From a virus (lineage: Duplodnaviria > Caudoviricetes), in the IMG/VR virus record IMGVR_UViG_3300025838_000032, positions 1-64,000 of that record: a stretch of 64,000 nt of DNA. One strand, written 5' to 3'. How positions within the stretch are numbered: position 1 is the stretch's first letter; every line of letters starts with the position of its first letter. A program made the position numbers and the translations under genes. Below the pieces are notes generated by a model. It worked only from the letters and a program-made list of their open reading frames with translations. It searched no databases and was not told the origin of the DNA. Below, one piece after another: positions 7,471-17,706 of the stretch.

Positions 7471-8760
7471 GTGAAATTCAATTCAGCCAAGAAGAAGACG
7501 GAGAATAGGGTCCCCGCCGCTCCGGGGATTGGGGTTAATTACCAGCCCGGTACTGGGTACGTCAGTCTTGACGTAGACCCCGAGAACCAGCTCGTTGGGA
7601 ACGCCGTAAAGAACGCTGCGGGCGTCTACCTGAAGAAGCACCGAGAGGCTCATGGCCCAGATGCTGAACCGAGCGAAGACGCTCAGAGGCTTTTTGGTAT
7701 TGTCAAGCACCCACAGACGGGTGAATGGCATCACGACCCGGCGTACGCCGCTATCCGGCACACGAATACTCTCGCTGACTATATGGAGCTGCCCCTGGTC
7801 TCTAAGACGTGGGGGAGGCATCCTAATGCCCCGAAGAATGTTGTTCTCGGTAATGGTATACGAACGCCCAGTATGCCAGTCGGTTATGACGAGAATGGCG
7901 AAGGCGTTATGGCCGGTAGCTATAAATGGTCGAATGGTAAGAAGGACCTGGCCAAACCCCTCGAACTGATTGGGACAGCGGACGCATTGCGTCGTCATGC
8001 TTACAGAGATCTTGTCAACAAAGGCGTTACTGACAAGGGAAAATACTGGGATCGTCTTAAGGGTCTAACCCACCTAGTGCACGGTCGTAAGGTGACCGAT
8101 AAGGATCCGCTCCCAGAGAATGAGACTGAGCGTGGCAGCTGGCACAGCCTGGGTGAGAATGGAGAACCCATGCATCTCCACCTCCACGTGCAACACGTTG
8201 TCCACAATATGGCCAATAATTACGACATCGATGAGCAGCGTCTCCCCAAGGGGCCAGATGGTTTAGACGATCAAGACGCTCTCGAGCATGCTAAGAACAT
8301 GTTAGATGACGCTAGGACATCCCGTTTTACCATGTGCAACTGCCCGCACTGTGCCATTAATCTTTCTACTGAGCCAGCGAGCAGTGTTTGGGATACCCAG
8401 CATCACGACGCTGCCGCTAGCAGCAAGGATCCGCTCGTAAGAGAAGCATATTTCCATGAAAATTCCTTCCCAATGGGTAAGGATGATCAAATCGGGAAAA
8501 TGTCTGACCTTGGAGAGGTCGGAAAGCGGTGCCACCACCGGATTTTCTGGTCGAATAACGACGGGTCCTACGTCAACGGGAATAAAGACAGAAGAGTATA
8601 TAACGAATCTCAGGAATTAATCAATCATATGGTTAAAATGCATCGGGAGGCGGGCGAACACCAGCAGAATACGCCGCCGACGATGCTCCATCCCTTCACG
8701 GGTCGGCCAATCGAGGACGAGCTGGGGCTCAGCGCCTTGGCCGAAGGTGTTCTTGACTGA
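7471..8760 (+). CDS. Hypothetical protein (MKFNSAKKK...)
   Basis: Long ORF; GTG at 7471 after AAGG is the likely start; His-rich, with CNCPHC. Confidence 0.75.
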   Translation: MKFNSAKKKTENRVPAAPGIGVNYQPGTGYVSLDVDPENQLVGNAVKNAAGVYLKKHREAHGPDAEPSEDAQRLFGIVKHPQTGEWHHDPAYAAIRHTNTLADYMELPLVSKTWGRHPNAPKNVVLGNGIRTPSMPVGYDENGEGVMAGSYKWSNGKKDLAKPLELIGTADALRRHAYRDLVNKGVTDKGKYWDRLKGLTHLVHGRKVTDKDPLPENETERGSWHSLGENGEPMHLHLHVQHVVHNMANNYDIDEQRLPKGPDGLDDQDALEHAKNMLDDARTSRFTMCNCPHCAINLSTEPASSVWDTQHHDAAASSKDPLVREAYFHENSFPMGKDDQIGKMSDLGEVGKRCHHRIFWSNNDGSYVNGNKDRRVYNESQELINHMVKMHREAGEHQQNTPPTMLHPFTGRPIEDELGLSALAEGVLD

Positions 8761-8801
8761 GGAATGTTACTAAATTGTAACAAAAATATCCTCTTTACCC
8801 C

Positions 8802-8830
8802 TTGACAAGAAAAAAATCGCTATATATATT
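8802..8830 (+). promoter_or_regulatory. Sigma70/SigA-type promoter
   Basis: TTGACA-17 bp-TATATT upstream of the ORF at 8849. Confidence 0.75.
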
Positions 8831-8848
8831 ATAAATATAAGGAAAATA

Positions 8849-9256
8849 ATGACTAAAGATTGTCATTGTAATCATTGTTTATCACTTAAAGATAACAATA
8901 ATCTTGATACTAATCAAGACAGGGCTTCTCAAGCCCGCATGCTTAAGGTGAATACTGACAAAATTCAAGTATTAACTGATATAGCTCTCTCTTCAGGTAA
9001 AATACCTAGTAAAAATAGTAGAAAATTTACCGTATCCCTCTCGGATACGAGTGATGATAACGATTTCTCCATGGAATTTAGCAGAGAAATCAATATTTCC
9101 CTGTTTCAGGAACTTCTCTCTGGCCTTTTTGGCTTCGGTGAACCCGAAAACGATGATTCAGAAGCCCCTTTTGGCCTCGAGGACGAGATCATTATCTTCC
9201 AGAACTTCGAAGAAGTAATAAATTTCCTCAAAAACAAGAATAACAAGGAGGAATAA
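8849..9256 (+). CDS. Hypothetical protein
   Basis: 135-aa ORF with AAGGA SD; N-terminal CHCNHC. Confidence 0.75.
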   Translation: MTKDCHCNHCLSLKDNNNLDTNQDRASQARMLKVNTDKIQVLTDIALSSGKIPSKNSRKFTVSLSDTSDDNDFSMEFSREINISLFQELLSGLFGFGEPENDDSEAPFGLEDEIIIFQNFEEVINFLKNKNNKEE

Positions 9257-9261
9257 CGCGT

Positions 9262-9747
9262 ATGGACACTCCCGCCCATGATCAACACGTTACTCATTCT
9301 TATTGGGTTGCTTTCCCTGACCATCCTGAGCGCACTTCCGATCCACATTACAAGGATTTTAACGCTTACCGTCGCAGAACAAAGGATTCTGCGCAGTGTG
9401 CTGTTGGTTTGCACCGTAATGATTTTTCTGAATGTTCTCTAGATAAGCCTCTGGAGCTCCATCATTCGCACATCGAGTTCGCCATGCAAAATGGAGTCGA
9501 TCTAAAATGGCTCGAAGTAGATTACCCCGGTGTTTCCAACCCGGATGAAGTCGGTGCATGGGTTGAGAGCGCAGAAAATCTCGTTTGGCTCTGTGAAGAG
9601 CACCATAGAGGGGCTATGGGAGCCCATAATGCCTCTGCAAGCGATTATGAGTCCATCAAGTACGTCAGAAGTCTTATAAGCCGAACTGAGCCAACACAGG
9701 GGGCAATGCAGGCATCCCCACCGAATCCTCCCAAGACGGTAATATGA
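9262..9747 (+). CDS. HNH endonuclease-like protein
   Basis: LELHHSH...NLVWLCEEHHRG..GAH fits the HNH / His-Me finger pattern. Confidence 0.65.
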   Translation: MDTPAHDQHVTHSYWVAFPDHPERTSDPHYKDFNAYRRRTKDSAQCAVGLHRNDFSECSLDKPLELHHSHIEFAMQNGVDLKWLEVDYPGVSNPDEVGAWVESAENLVWLCEEHHRGAMGAHNASASDYESIKYVRSLISRTEPTQGAMQASPPNPPKTVI

Positions 9748-10160
9748 ACTGGAATATTCGCTACGCCTCGGAAAAGAGGGATGTCGTCACCCAACTCGAG
9801 GAAGATTACCCGGAAGACTCGCTCGATTGGGTCAAAAACGACGCAAAATGGTCTGGGCCAGAGAAAATAAACCCCGATGATGTCGATTACAGCAACCAAA
9901 GTAGTTGGCTAGCCTCTCATGAAGAGCAAAAAGTCAAAAAGTTCATGAAAAAGATCAAAAAAGGCAAAGAAAAGCCGGTTGTTCTTGTAAAAACTCCTAA
10001 AAATAAGAAATTTATCGTAATTGACGGTCATCACCGCGCCCTTGCCTACAAAAATCTTGGGAAATCACTTGTTGCGTGGGTCGGAGAGGTAAAAAAAGAA
10101 AAAGGACCGTGGGATACCTTCCACGATGAGCAAAATAAGGTCGAAGCGGTGGATAAATGA
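9744..10160 (+). CDS. ParB/sulfiredoxin-like domain protein
   Basis: KPVVLV...FIVIDGHHRALA is the ParB/Srx signature. Confidence 0.8.
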   Translation: MNWNIRYASEKRDVVTQLEEDYPEDSLDWVKNDAKWSGPEKINPDDVDYSNQSSWLASHEEQKVKKFMKKIKKGKEKPVVLVKTPKNKKFIVIDGHHRALAYKNLGKSLVAWVGEVKKEKGPWDTFHDEQNKVEAVDK

Positions 10161-10483
10161 ACTGGAACGACCGTTACATCAAGCAGGCTGGCAAAGCCGC
10201 CAACGATTTTTACAAGTTTCACGAGGAATTCAAAGAATTTCCTCCAAGGACCGTCGATTTGTGCTCAAAAGGTTCTGAACTCGCCCGCGCCGCGTACCAT
10301 GAGACGAAGCAAGGCCACTTTCTCGGCCTAGCTAAACGTTACGAGAACCACGCTCAGTCGTTAAAGCCACAAGAGTCACAACAACCTCTTTTTGAAGAAG
10401 AACCCACCCGTAAGAACCCCCCAACCCCGTATAAAAACCCAATGTCACACCCCCATTACCTCGGTGATGGATGGATACCATAA
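10157..10483 (+). CDS. Hypothetical protein (MNWNDRY...)
   Basis: ATGA overlap with the upstream gene. Confidence 0.75.
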   Translation: MNWNDRYIKQAGKAANDFYKFHEEFKEFPPRTVDLCSKGSELARAAYHETKQGHFLGLAKRYENHAQSLKPQESQQPLFEEEPTRKNPPTPYKNPMSHPHYLGDGWIP

Positions 10484-10491
10484 GGAGAATC

Positions 10492-11220
10492 ATGTCAGAT
10501 CGTATTGTAGGTAAACTAGGCAAACTCGCTCCACGAAGGCCCGAGGGCTTGCACATGCTCGCCTACTATCAGGGCAACCCGTTGCCAGCCGCACCAGAAT
10601 CAGTCTCAGTGCCAACTCTGGATGATTGGGGCATGCTGGGGAATGACCAATACAGCGACTGTACTGTGGCGGGAGCTGCTCACGCAAAAATGGCTCATGC
10701 CACCGTTTTGGGGATCTCAGAGACCTTTCCAACAGAACAGGAAGTAATACAATCGTATCTGACGTATACCAACGGTGCTGACAATGGCGCGGTAGAGGCA
10801 GACCTGTTAAAATACTGGCAAACGAATGAGTTTCTCGGTAAGCAGCTCTATGCGTACGCTCCTACAGACCACGCAGACTTTGATGAGTTAAAAAGCGTCA
10901 TCGCTAGTTTTGGTCTTGCGTATATTGGCATTCAGGTACCAGCTCCAGCGCAAAGTCAATTTATGGCTAACGAACCATGGGATCTTACGGGGACTCCTGC
11001 CGATAATCAGATCGAAGGTGGCCACTGCATCATCCTCGTCGGGTACGATAAAGATTACGCATACTGTATTACGTGGGGGAAAGTGCAGAAGATTACGTGG
11101 AGGTGGCTGCAAAGCTACATGGAGGAGAGCTGGGCTCTCATTACTCCAGAGATCGTACAAAAGGGTCAATACGGGAATATGCGTCTTGATGAACTCACTG
11201 CTGACTTAGGAAAACTATAA
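10492..11220 (+). CDS. Papain-like (C1-type) cysteine peptidase
   Basis: WGMLGNDQYSDCTVAG (catalytic Cys) and GGHCIILVGYD (His)...ITWG; SD AAGGAG before 10492. Confidence 0.7.
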   Translation: MSDRIVGKLGKLAPRRPEGLHMLAYYQGNPLPAAPESVSVPTLDDWGMLGNDQYSDCTVAGAAHAKMAHATVLGISETFPTEQEVIQSYLTYTNGADNGAVEADLLKYWQTNEFLGKQLYAYAPTDHADFDELKSVIASFGLAYIGIQVPAPAQSQFMANEPWDLTGTPADNQIEGGHCIILVGYDKDYAYCITWGKVQKITWRWLQSYMEESWALITPEIVQKGQYGNMRLDELTADLGKL

Positions 11221-12290
11221 TGACAATTCCAAAGAGAACCGATGAAGTGCTTGAAGAACAAAGCAACAGAGTTCGCATTATTGCTAACACTGGCCCAATG
11301 CGTTATAAGACAGGTGGGGTTTTCGCTGGCCTTCTTGTAGAGGCAATGGTTGGAGATGACCGTGTTGGTTACCTTACAGCTGAGAAGCGTGGTAGCACAT
11401 ACGTTATGGATGGCGTTTACGTCGAGCCAGAGTACCGTCAGAATGGCATTGCAACCGATATGGTGCGTAAGGCTCACGAGACTGTTCCTATGACGCCATA
11501 CATCTTGACTGAGAACCAGGTATACCAGTCAGAGATCGGTAAGAAGATTGCTATCAACGAATACCGAATGGTGACTGCAAGCACGATTGTTACTGCTGGG
11601 CCACTTCTTGCAGTACCTGAGTTGCTTGGTGCTGGTGAAGCTATTGCTGGAGCCGGTGAAGCTGCTGCTGGAGCCGGTGAAGCTGCTGCTGGTGCAGAAG
11701 AAACCGGTGGCATGGGTAGCATGATGAAGAACATGCCTTCAATGGGCGGAGGTTCCAAGGGCGATCAACAACAGGGCGATCAACAACAGGGCGATGACCT
11801 CCAGGGCCAACAGACAGTATCCCCTGCCGTGCGAGGTCCTGCTAACCCAATCATTAGCAGTTTTAAAACGATTTCATTCCAACCGATGTTTCCTTCTACT
11901 ACCGTTCCAATGGAGTTGCCATCAATTAAGCCATGGACCATTAATTCTCCGGCAACAAAAGGTTTAGAAAAAGGTTATAGTGTCCAAGCCGAACCAGAAG
12001 TCTCCCGTGAGGAAGAGACAGTTCTTGAGGCTGAGACGAAAGGTTCTAATGGGGATAAGAGCCCTCAATCATCGATTACACCATCTTTGCCAGAACCTGA
12101 GCCTATGGGTACTAAACAAGATAAACAAAAAAGGCAATTTAACTTATCTATCAATTCTCCACAGCCAATTGTTAACGTCTATACACCTGCAAACCCCAGA
12201 TCATCGAGCGCTAATAAATTATTTGAATTAATTATTGAAGATCAAAACAATTTTATTGACAATAGCCCAAAAAGAACGACGTGGGAATAG
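11220..12290 (+). CDS. GNAT acetyltransferase domain fused to a long low-complexity tail
   Basis: VYVEPEYRQNGIATDMVRKA is the acetyl-CoA-binding motif A; AGAGEA and GDQQQ repeats follow. Confidence 0.7.
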   Translation: MTIPKRTDEVLEEQSNRVRIIANTGPMRYKTGGVFAGLLVEAMVGDDRVGYLTAEKRGSTYVMDGVYVEPEYRQNGIATDMVRKAHETVPMTPYILTENQVYQSEIGKKIAINEYRMVTASTIVTAGPLLAVPELLGAGEAIAGAGEAAAGAGEAAAGAEETGGMGSMMKNMPSMGGGSKGDQQQGDQQQGDDLQGQQTVSPAVRGPANPIISSFKTISFQPMFPSTTVPMELPSIKPWTINSPATKGLEKGYSVQAEPEVSREEETVLEAETKGSNGDKSPQSSITPSLPEPEPMGTKQDKQKRQFNLSINSPQPIVNVYTPANPRSSSANKLFELIIEDQNNFIDNSPKRTTWE

Positions 12291-12332
12291 AGCGCGTTGT
12301 CAATTAAAATATCTTCTAATACGCAGTAGTGA

Positions 12333-13238
12333 ATGATGAGATACGCAGACACTAGCTCGGGCAATTACGATAATGACGCCTCGTTATCGGGTATAGAAGC
12401 CCCAACTGAAGATGAAGAGAACGCTGGGTTCGGCATACCAGGCCAGTCTGCGGTAGGAACTGTAGGAAGATTTAGAATATCTAATATTGGCGTACAAGAT
12501 GAGAATGCGGTTGAGAATACCGCACCAACTGGTTTAGATACCATAGATGTCACTGGTGAGCCAAAGACGATAGAGAATGAGGGACTGAGCAGCGTAAGCC
12601 CAGGATCCTTATCAACGATTATTGGAGCGAAGAAAATGAGTTTAGATGCGCGAATCGCTTACGTCATGGAAAATGGCGAGCCATTCTGTAATCACTGCGA
12701 GAGTACCTTCTTGCCGAATAGTTTAGGGCCACGTATGGCTTGCACGAACTGTGGTTGCGGACAACCGAACAATGATCATGGCGCTCTTAATGCTGACTTT
12801 GACCATGTAGAGGGCCCAACCGCTGGGGATCTCACACGTGGGAGCGATATTGTTAAAGAGGAAGTGAAAACGGGTAGCGTCGAAGAGATCATGGGATTCT
12901 TCACCGCCAGCGGTGATGCGAGCAAACTCTATTACCAGGGTTATCAGGATGCTATGGATGGTAAGCCTCTGGATGAAGACCTAGCTCTTTTAAGCAAAGA
13001 CTATTACAACGGATACGAGCAATACAAGTTCTTCAACAAGTCGCCTCAACAAAGTGAAGGCCAAAGCCTTTATGACATTAAGCCTAACAGCAACTCTATC
13101 CCACGCCCTGGCCAGATCACTCCTGGAGAAGAAGACCGTGGGCCTCTTGAATTGACTGATGGTTTTAATAGTGCTACAGCTAGCAAAATTGCATCAATCT
13201 ACCCAATTGATGTAATAAAGAAATTCTTCGAGGTATAA
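12333..13238 (+). CDS. Hypothetical protein with zinc ribbon (MMRYADT...)
   Basis: CNHC...CTNCGC. Confidence 0.75.
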   Translation: MMRYADTSSGNYDNDASLSGIEAPTEDEENAGFGIPGQSAVGTVGRFRISNIGVQDENAVENTAPTGLDTIDVTGEPKTIENEGLSSVSPGSLSTIIGAKKMSLDARIAYVMENGEPFCNHCESTFLPNSLGPRMACTNCGCGQPNNDHGALNADFDHVEGPTAGDLTRGSDIVKEEVKTGSVEEIMGFFTASGDASKLYYQGYQDAMDGKPLDEDLALLSKDYYNGYEQYKFFNKSPQQSEGQSLYDIKPNSNSIPRPGQITPGEEDRGPLELTDGFNSATASKIASIYPIDVIKKFFEV

Positions 13239-13240
13239 TC

Positions 13241-13879
13241 ATGGAAAAATGTCCAGTATGTATTAAAGGGAACTTGCTTACAAAATTAAGTAGCTCTGGT
13301 AGCGAAACATTCTGTCTTAGCTGCCGTCGTATTATTAAGAGCGCCACTTTCAATTTTGAATTTAAAGTAGGTGCGAACGCTGATACCGCTCAAGATATTC
13401 AACCTTGCAAGACCTCTGACTCACGACCAGGTTGGAAGGGTCCAGGTAAGAAAGCTGTTTGCCACCCATATACCGGTGGTGATGAAGACAGCGAGACCAA
13501 GGCCAAGGCCAAAGCGGTAGAATCCGCGTATGCCTTCCAACACAAACGTTCTGCTTCTAAGATTGTCAATGCGCTCGCATATTTTGAAGGTGCCCCAAGC
13601 TCTTTGATGCCACCATCTGGTGCCACTGGGCAGCAGGCTATGCCGAACCCATCGCCAACAATGCCACAAGACTTTAGCGCGACTGATCAGAGTCCAATCG
13701 GACAGGCGACTGCACCCGGTGGAATGCAGCCCGGTAATCTAAATGGTCCTAACCCATTGAACAGTGGGACAACTGCGAGCAAAAGACTTGCTGAATTAAT
13801 TTCTGAAGAATTAGGACCAAGTTTTTGCACAGAACATATGTCCTATGATGGATGTAATCATAATCAAAACTCGCAATAG
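13241..13879 (+). CDS. Hypothetical protein with N-terminal zinc ribbon
   Basis: CPVC...CLSC; Pro/Gln-rich C-terminal half. Confidence 0.75.
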   Translation: MEKCPVCIKGNLLTKLSSSGSETFCLSCRRIIKSATFNFEFKVGANADTAQDIQPCKTSDSRPGWKGPGKKAVCHPYTGGDEDSETKAKAKAVESAYAFQHKRSASKIVNALAYFEGAPSSLMPPSGATGQQAMPNPSPTMPQDFSATDQSPIGQATAPGGMQPGNLNGPNPLNSGTTASKRLAELISEELGPSFCTEHMSYDGCNHNQNSQ

Positions 13880-13882
13880 TCA
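13853..13882 (+). promoter_or_regulatory. Candidate TGTAAW-N18-TAG promoter
   Basis: TGTAAT-18-TAGTCA upstream of the ORF at 13907. Confidence 0.4.
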
Positions 13883-13906
13883 CTAAGGAAACAGAAAGAT
13901 TCCATT

Positions 13907-14614
13907 ATGAACTACGATAACATTGCAAAAGAAGCCAAACTTGCAGCCGCCGACACTGGCTGGTTTAATGGTACATCTGAGAGCATCCTTACACGTCTTG
14001 ACAGACTTCAGGAGATTCTTGATGGCGCTAGGATGGCTGCTAGTGTGCCGACAGCATCGAACCACGAGCTCGAGAGATACGCTAGCATCATAACTGAACT
14101 TGGCGCGGAGAAAGAGCAGCTCGAAAAGCTGGCTTCAGAATATGTTGAGTTCGACACAGAGGATTATCTCAACAGCCTCCCAGGCGGCACTATTGCCAAA
14201 GAGTACCGCATCAGTTCTGCAGGGACGAGCGACCTAGGCGAAGACGATGGTAGCCTGCTTTATCGTACTGCTTCCTCCATCGAGGGAGAGTACGCCGACG
14301 CTGACTGGATCAACTTTGTAACGGCGGGCGCAGAGATCTGGGTAGAAGATCAGAGTACCCGGCTCCTGGACAGCCAGCTTGACACCCGTGAGGCCGCTGT
14401 CTATTACGTAGAGAAGAAGACTTTCCCGATTTTAGACACCGTAAAGCGTGCTTCTATAATTGATAACTTTGTTGACAACGTAGAGATTTGCCGCAGAGCT
14501 AAGAATGAGGGAACTCATTTCCAGAATGTGAAGAGCGCAAGCGCGAATAAATTGTCAGCCAGCTTTGCCCAAGAAGCCGTTGACTACGCATTTGGTGAGA
14601 ACAACTGGTTCTGA
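13907..14614 (+). CDS. Hypothetical protein
   Basis: 235-aa ORF. Confidence 0.75.
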   Translation: MNYDNIAKEAKLAAADTGWFNGTSESILTRLDRLQEILDGARMAASVPTASNHELERYASIITELGAEKEQLEKLASEYVEFDTEDYLNSLPGGTIAKEYRISSAGTSDLGEDDGSLLYRTASSIEGEYADADWINFVTAGAEIWVEDQSTRLLDSQLDTREAAVYYVEKKTFPILDTVKRASIIDNFVDNVEICRRAKNEGTHFQNVKSASANKLSASFAQEAVDYAFGENNWF

Positions 14615-14615
14615 T

Positions 14616-15113
14616 ATGACCGATCTGCTCGGCTTCCGAACCGTTGGTTCTGTAGAAGATGATACCAAAGAAGAATATAGTCTTATAACTTCTTTGAAGA
14701 AAATGCTTGCTGAAGCATATGTTCTTTATCACACCATCCATGGGTTCCACTGGAATATAAAAGGTAGTGATTTCTACGAATATCACAAATTCTTTGATGA
14801 GATCGTTAGCGATATTTACGATCATATTGATCCAATAGCTGAGAACATAATTAAGTTAGGTGGAGAAGCTCCCTTTGTAATGAGCGATCTCATAAAGTTA
14901 AGTGATATTGAAGAAGTTGGTCTTATTAGTAAGAAAAAGAAAGAGCTATCTGCTAAGTTCTATAGTATGAATGAAGAATATATACAGCACATTAAAGATG
15001 CGTTCAAGATCGCCAATAATAGTAATGAGCAAGGAGTTGCCAACTTTATTGCCGAGCGTATTGACGCCCATCAAAAATGGAACTGGTTCCTAAAAGCATC
15101 TATTGAGGGATAA
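14616..15113 (+). CDS. dps: Dps family ferritin-like DNA-protection protein
   Basis: HGFHWNIKGSDFYEYHKFFDE...DPIAENIIKLGG and C-terminal HQKWNWFL are Dps signatures. Confidence 0.9.
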   Translation: MTDLLGFRTVGSVEDDTKEEYSLITSLKKMLAEAYVLYHTIHGFHWNIKGSDFYEYHKFFDEIVSDIYDHIDPIAENIIKLGGEAPFVMSDLIKLSDIEEVGLISKKKKELSAKFYSMNEEYIQHIKDAFKIANNSNEQGVANFIAERIDAHQKWNWFLKASIEG

Positions 15114-15343
15114 TGAATTCTATTTCAGACAACATTCAAAATGTAGTTGCATTATTAACTGCTATTACCAGCGGGCAAGAAGAATTTGCCTATGAGATGG
15201 TTCTAGAGAGTGACCCGGTAGAGTTATTCAGTGCTCTTACTGGAGTGTTGTTGAGTGCTTTGAATAGACTAGCTGAGCTTGATGGTGTTACAGTAGAGAA
15301 TAAGCTAAAGACACTCGGAATGCTTGCTTTTAATCCAGAATGA
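15113..15343 (+). CDS. Hypothetical protein
   Basis: 76-aa ORF, TAATG-coupled. Confidence 0.65.
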   Translation: MNSISDNIQNVVALLTAITSGQEEFAYEMVLESDPVELFSALTGVLLSALNRLAELDGVTVENKLKTLGMLAFNPE

Positions 15344-15642
15344 GTGAAGAATTTATCTTGCCTGATGGTATAACATTTAATAATGCAGATTCTCAAGAAA
15401 TAAATTTAGATTTATCTTTTGAGAAGATTAACGATACAAAATGCAATAAATGTGATATAATGCTTGAGGCTGTACTTATAACAAATTTTGGTAGGCATGA
15501 AGGAATCATAAGAATACCAAGCAATGACAATACAGTTTGGAAAAACTCTCTACCAAAGGACCGTGTAAGATCAATTAAGATTCTTAACGAAAAACTTTCA
15601 GAGAAGCTTGACAAACACAAAGAAAGACACAAAAATGATTAG
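15340..15642 (+). CDS. Hypothetical protein
   Basis: 100-aa ORF, ATGA-coupled. Confidence 0.65.
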   Translation: MSEEFILPDGITFNNADSQEINLDLSFEKINDTKCNKCDIMLEAVLITNFGRHEGIIRIPSNDNTVWKNSLPKDRVRSIKILNEKLSEKLDKHKERHKND

Positions 15643-15805
15643 GTACAGCACACAACCAAGCCAAGACTCCAACGCATTAACGGACAGTCCTACCTCACCT
15701 ATTATGACGACAAGAGATAATCAGGGTCTTAATGATGGTGGGAAGCCAAGCCAGCAGGATAGAGACTTGCAGGACTTAGATGCCGAGGATGTCAACGACA
15801 ACTAA
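15635..15805 (+). CDS. Small hypothetical protein (MIRYSTQ...)
   Basis: Overlaps the upstream stop; fills the gap. Confidence 0.55.
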   Translation: MIRYSTQPSQDSNALTDSPTSPIMTTRDNQGLNDGGKPSQQDRDLQDLDAEDVNDN

Positions 15806-15807
15806 GG

Positions 15808-16680
15808 ATGACAGTGACCGAACAAGAAGCTGAAAAAGATCCAGCTACACATATTCTTATTCCAGACACACAAGCAAGAGAAGAAGTCCCGACAGATCAC
15901 CTATCTTGGATAGGTAATTATATAGTTGAAGAATTCCATGATCAAGATGTGAAGATTATTCACATCGGAGACCATGCTGATATGCCAGCTCTGTCTTCTT
16001 ATGATAAAGGGAAGAAGAGCATGGAAGGAAGACGCGTAAAGGCGGATATTGATTCTGCCAATGAAGCGTGGCGCATTCTTAACCAACCTCTATACGATTT
16101 TAATGACAACCGTCGTAAAACCAAACATAGCACCTGGAATCCTGAGAGATATATTACTCTAGGGAATCATGAAGACCGTATTACTCGTGCCACTGAGAAT
16201 GATGCCCAGATGGACGGGCTCTTTGGCCTGGATGATCTTGATTACGAGAGAAGCGGCTGGCAAGTATTACCATTTAAAGAGATTCTGTGGCTAGATGGCG
16301 TTGCCTATAGCCATTTTTTCTATAGTCCAATGAATGGTCAACCATACAGCGGGAACATAGAAACTCGTTTGAAGAATATCGGGCATTCTTTTTCGATGGG
16401 TCATCAACAGACGTTCTTGTATGGTATGCGCTACGTGAATGGTGACCGCAGTGGGAATTGCCCACACTCTCAGCATGGTCTAGTGGCAGGTTCTTGCTAC
16501 CTTCACGAGGAAAATTACAAGGGACCCCAAGGGAATGCCCACTTTAGAGGAATAGTAATCAAACACCAGGTATTTGATGGAAGTTACGATATCCAACAAA
16601 TGTCTCTTGATTCGTTGTGCAGAAGATATGAAGGTATGAGCCTTGAACGATTTAAGAAGCTTAAGTACCCGCACATGTAA
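15808..16680 (+). CDS. Calcineurin-like metallophosphoesterase
   Basis: IPDTQ, IHIGDHADM, TLGNHE, AYSH and MGHQQ metal-binding motifs. Confidence 0.85.
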   Translation: MTVTEQEAEKDPATHILIPDTQAREEVPTDHLSWIGNYIVEEFHDQDVKIIHIGDHADMPALSSYDKGKKSMEGRRVKADIDSANEAWRILNQPLYDFNDNRRKTKHSTWNPERYITLGNHEDRITRATENDAQMDGLFGLDDLDYERSGWQVLPFKEILWLDGVAYSHFFYSPMNGQPYSGNIETRLKNIGHSFSMGHQQTFLYGMRYVNGDRSGNCPHSQHGLVAGSCYLHEENYKGPQGNAHFRGIVIKHQVFDGSYDIQQMSLDSLCRRYEGMSLERFKKLKYPHM

Positions 16681-16683
16681 GTG

Positions 16684-17706
16684 ATGGATTCTCCAAAAAC
16701 CACACAACGCAAGAATTTTCGCTGCATCTTTAATAATTATGTCTCAGAATATAATAAGGATGCAGTAGTTCGTTCTGTCATCTCTCAATTTGAGGGATAC
16801 TTCGCAGAACCCGAAGTCACAGTGACTGAAGATGGATTTATCCTTTCTCTCATGTTAGGGAGCAACCTCCCAGCATCGGTTGTGAGAGACAAGATCCTCT
16901 GGAACCAGTTCATCGAGAGTGTGTCCGCCGCAGACGCGATCCGTAAGATCCAGATTCTTCGCTTACCTCAATCTAGTAAAGAGAATGAGGGGACCGTAGG
17001 AGCATGGGGCCCAAACGGAAGTGATAGTGGAGTTAATGAGAAATTAGATATTCCATTGGACTTCGTACCTAAGTATAAGATCGATGGTGTGCCAGACGAT
17101 CCGCTCGGATACCATGCGAGCGTCCATACCGCTGACCCAACCGGGCAAATGTTGCCAGAAATCTATGGACCAGGATCTGACACGGGTGAGCCAGTGGATG
17201 AAGACGTTTTGAGCGATGCCACTGACCTAGAATCAGCCGGTGGGCATAAAATACCAAGATTATTTAATGCTGGGTTCAGAAGAGTGGCAATCGATACGGA
17301 TGTTGGTTCTGCATTCACCCTGAATAAACCAAATGGTTTTCAAGACGTGAACACACCACCAGAAACAGCGTTCTTAGACCAGAGAGCTAACCCTGGGACT
17401 GGTATCGGTGGAGGTGCCCCCATCAGTGGTGCTAGCTTCTTCGTATATGACCCACTGAACGCTCAAGGTACTGAACCGGGTGCGGAGCGCAATAGAGGAG
17501 ATGCTTCGAGTGCTCCTCTAGGGAATATCTCTGCGAGTAAAGTTTCAGAAGAAGACGATGAACAAGGAATAAAAGGTCCATATGGTGCGGAGCTCGATGT
17601 CCTCGGGGTCGGTGACGAACCACTCGGTGGAGCTTCTTATGGATCATATTTTGGTATTAATGAATACTATGATTATGAAGGCGATATAGATGACTACGAC
17701 ATATAA
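16684..17706 (+). CDS. Hypothetical acidic protein
   Basis: About 340-aa ORF. Confidence 0.75.
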   Translation: MDSPKTTQRKNFRCIFNNYVSEYNKDAVVRSVISQFEGYFAEPEVTVTEDGFILSLMLGSNLPASVVRDKILWNQFIESVSAADAIRKIQILRLPQSSKENEGTVGAWGPNGSDSGVNEKLDIPLDFVPKYKIDGVPDDPLGYHASVHTADPTGQMLPEIYGPGSDTGEPVDEDVLSDATDLESAGGHKIPRLFNAGFRRVAIDTDVGSAFTLNKPNGFQDVNTPPETAFLDQRANPGTGIGGGAPISGASFFVYDPLNAQGTEPGAERNRGDASSAPLGNISASKVSEEDDEQGIKGPYGAELDVLGVGDEPLGGASYGSYFGINEYYDYEGDIDDYDI

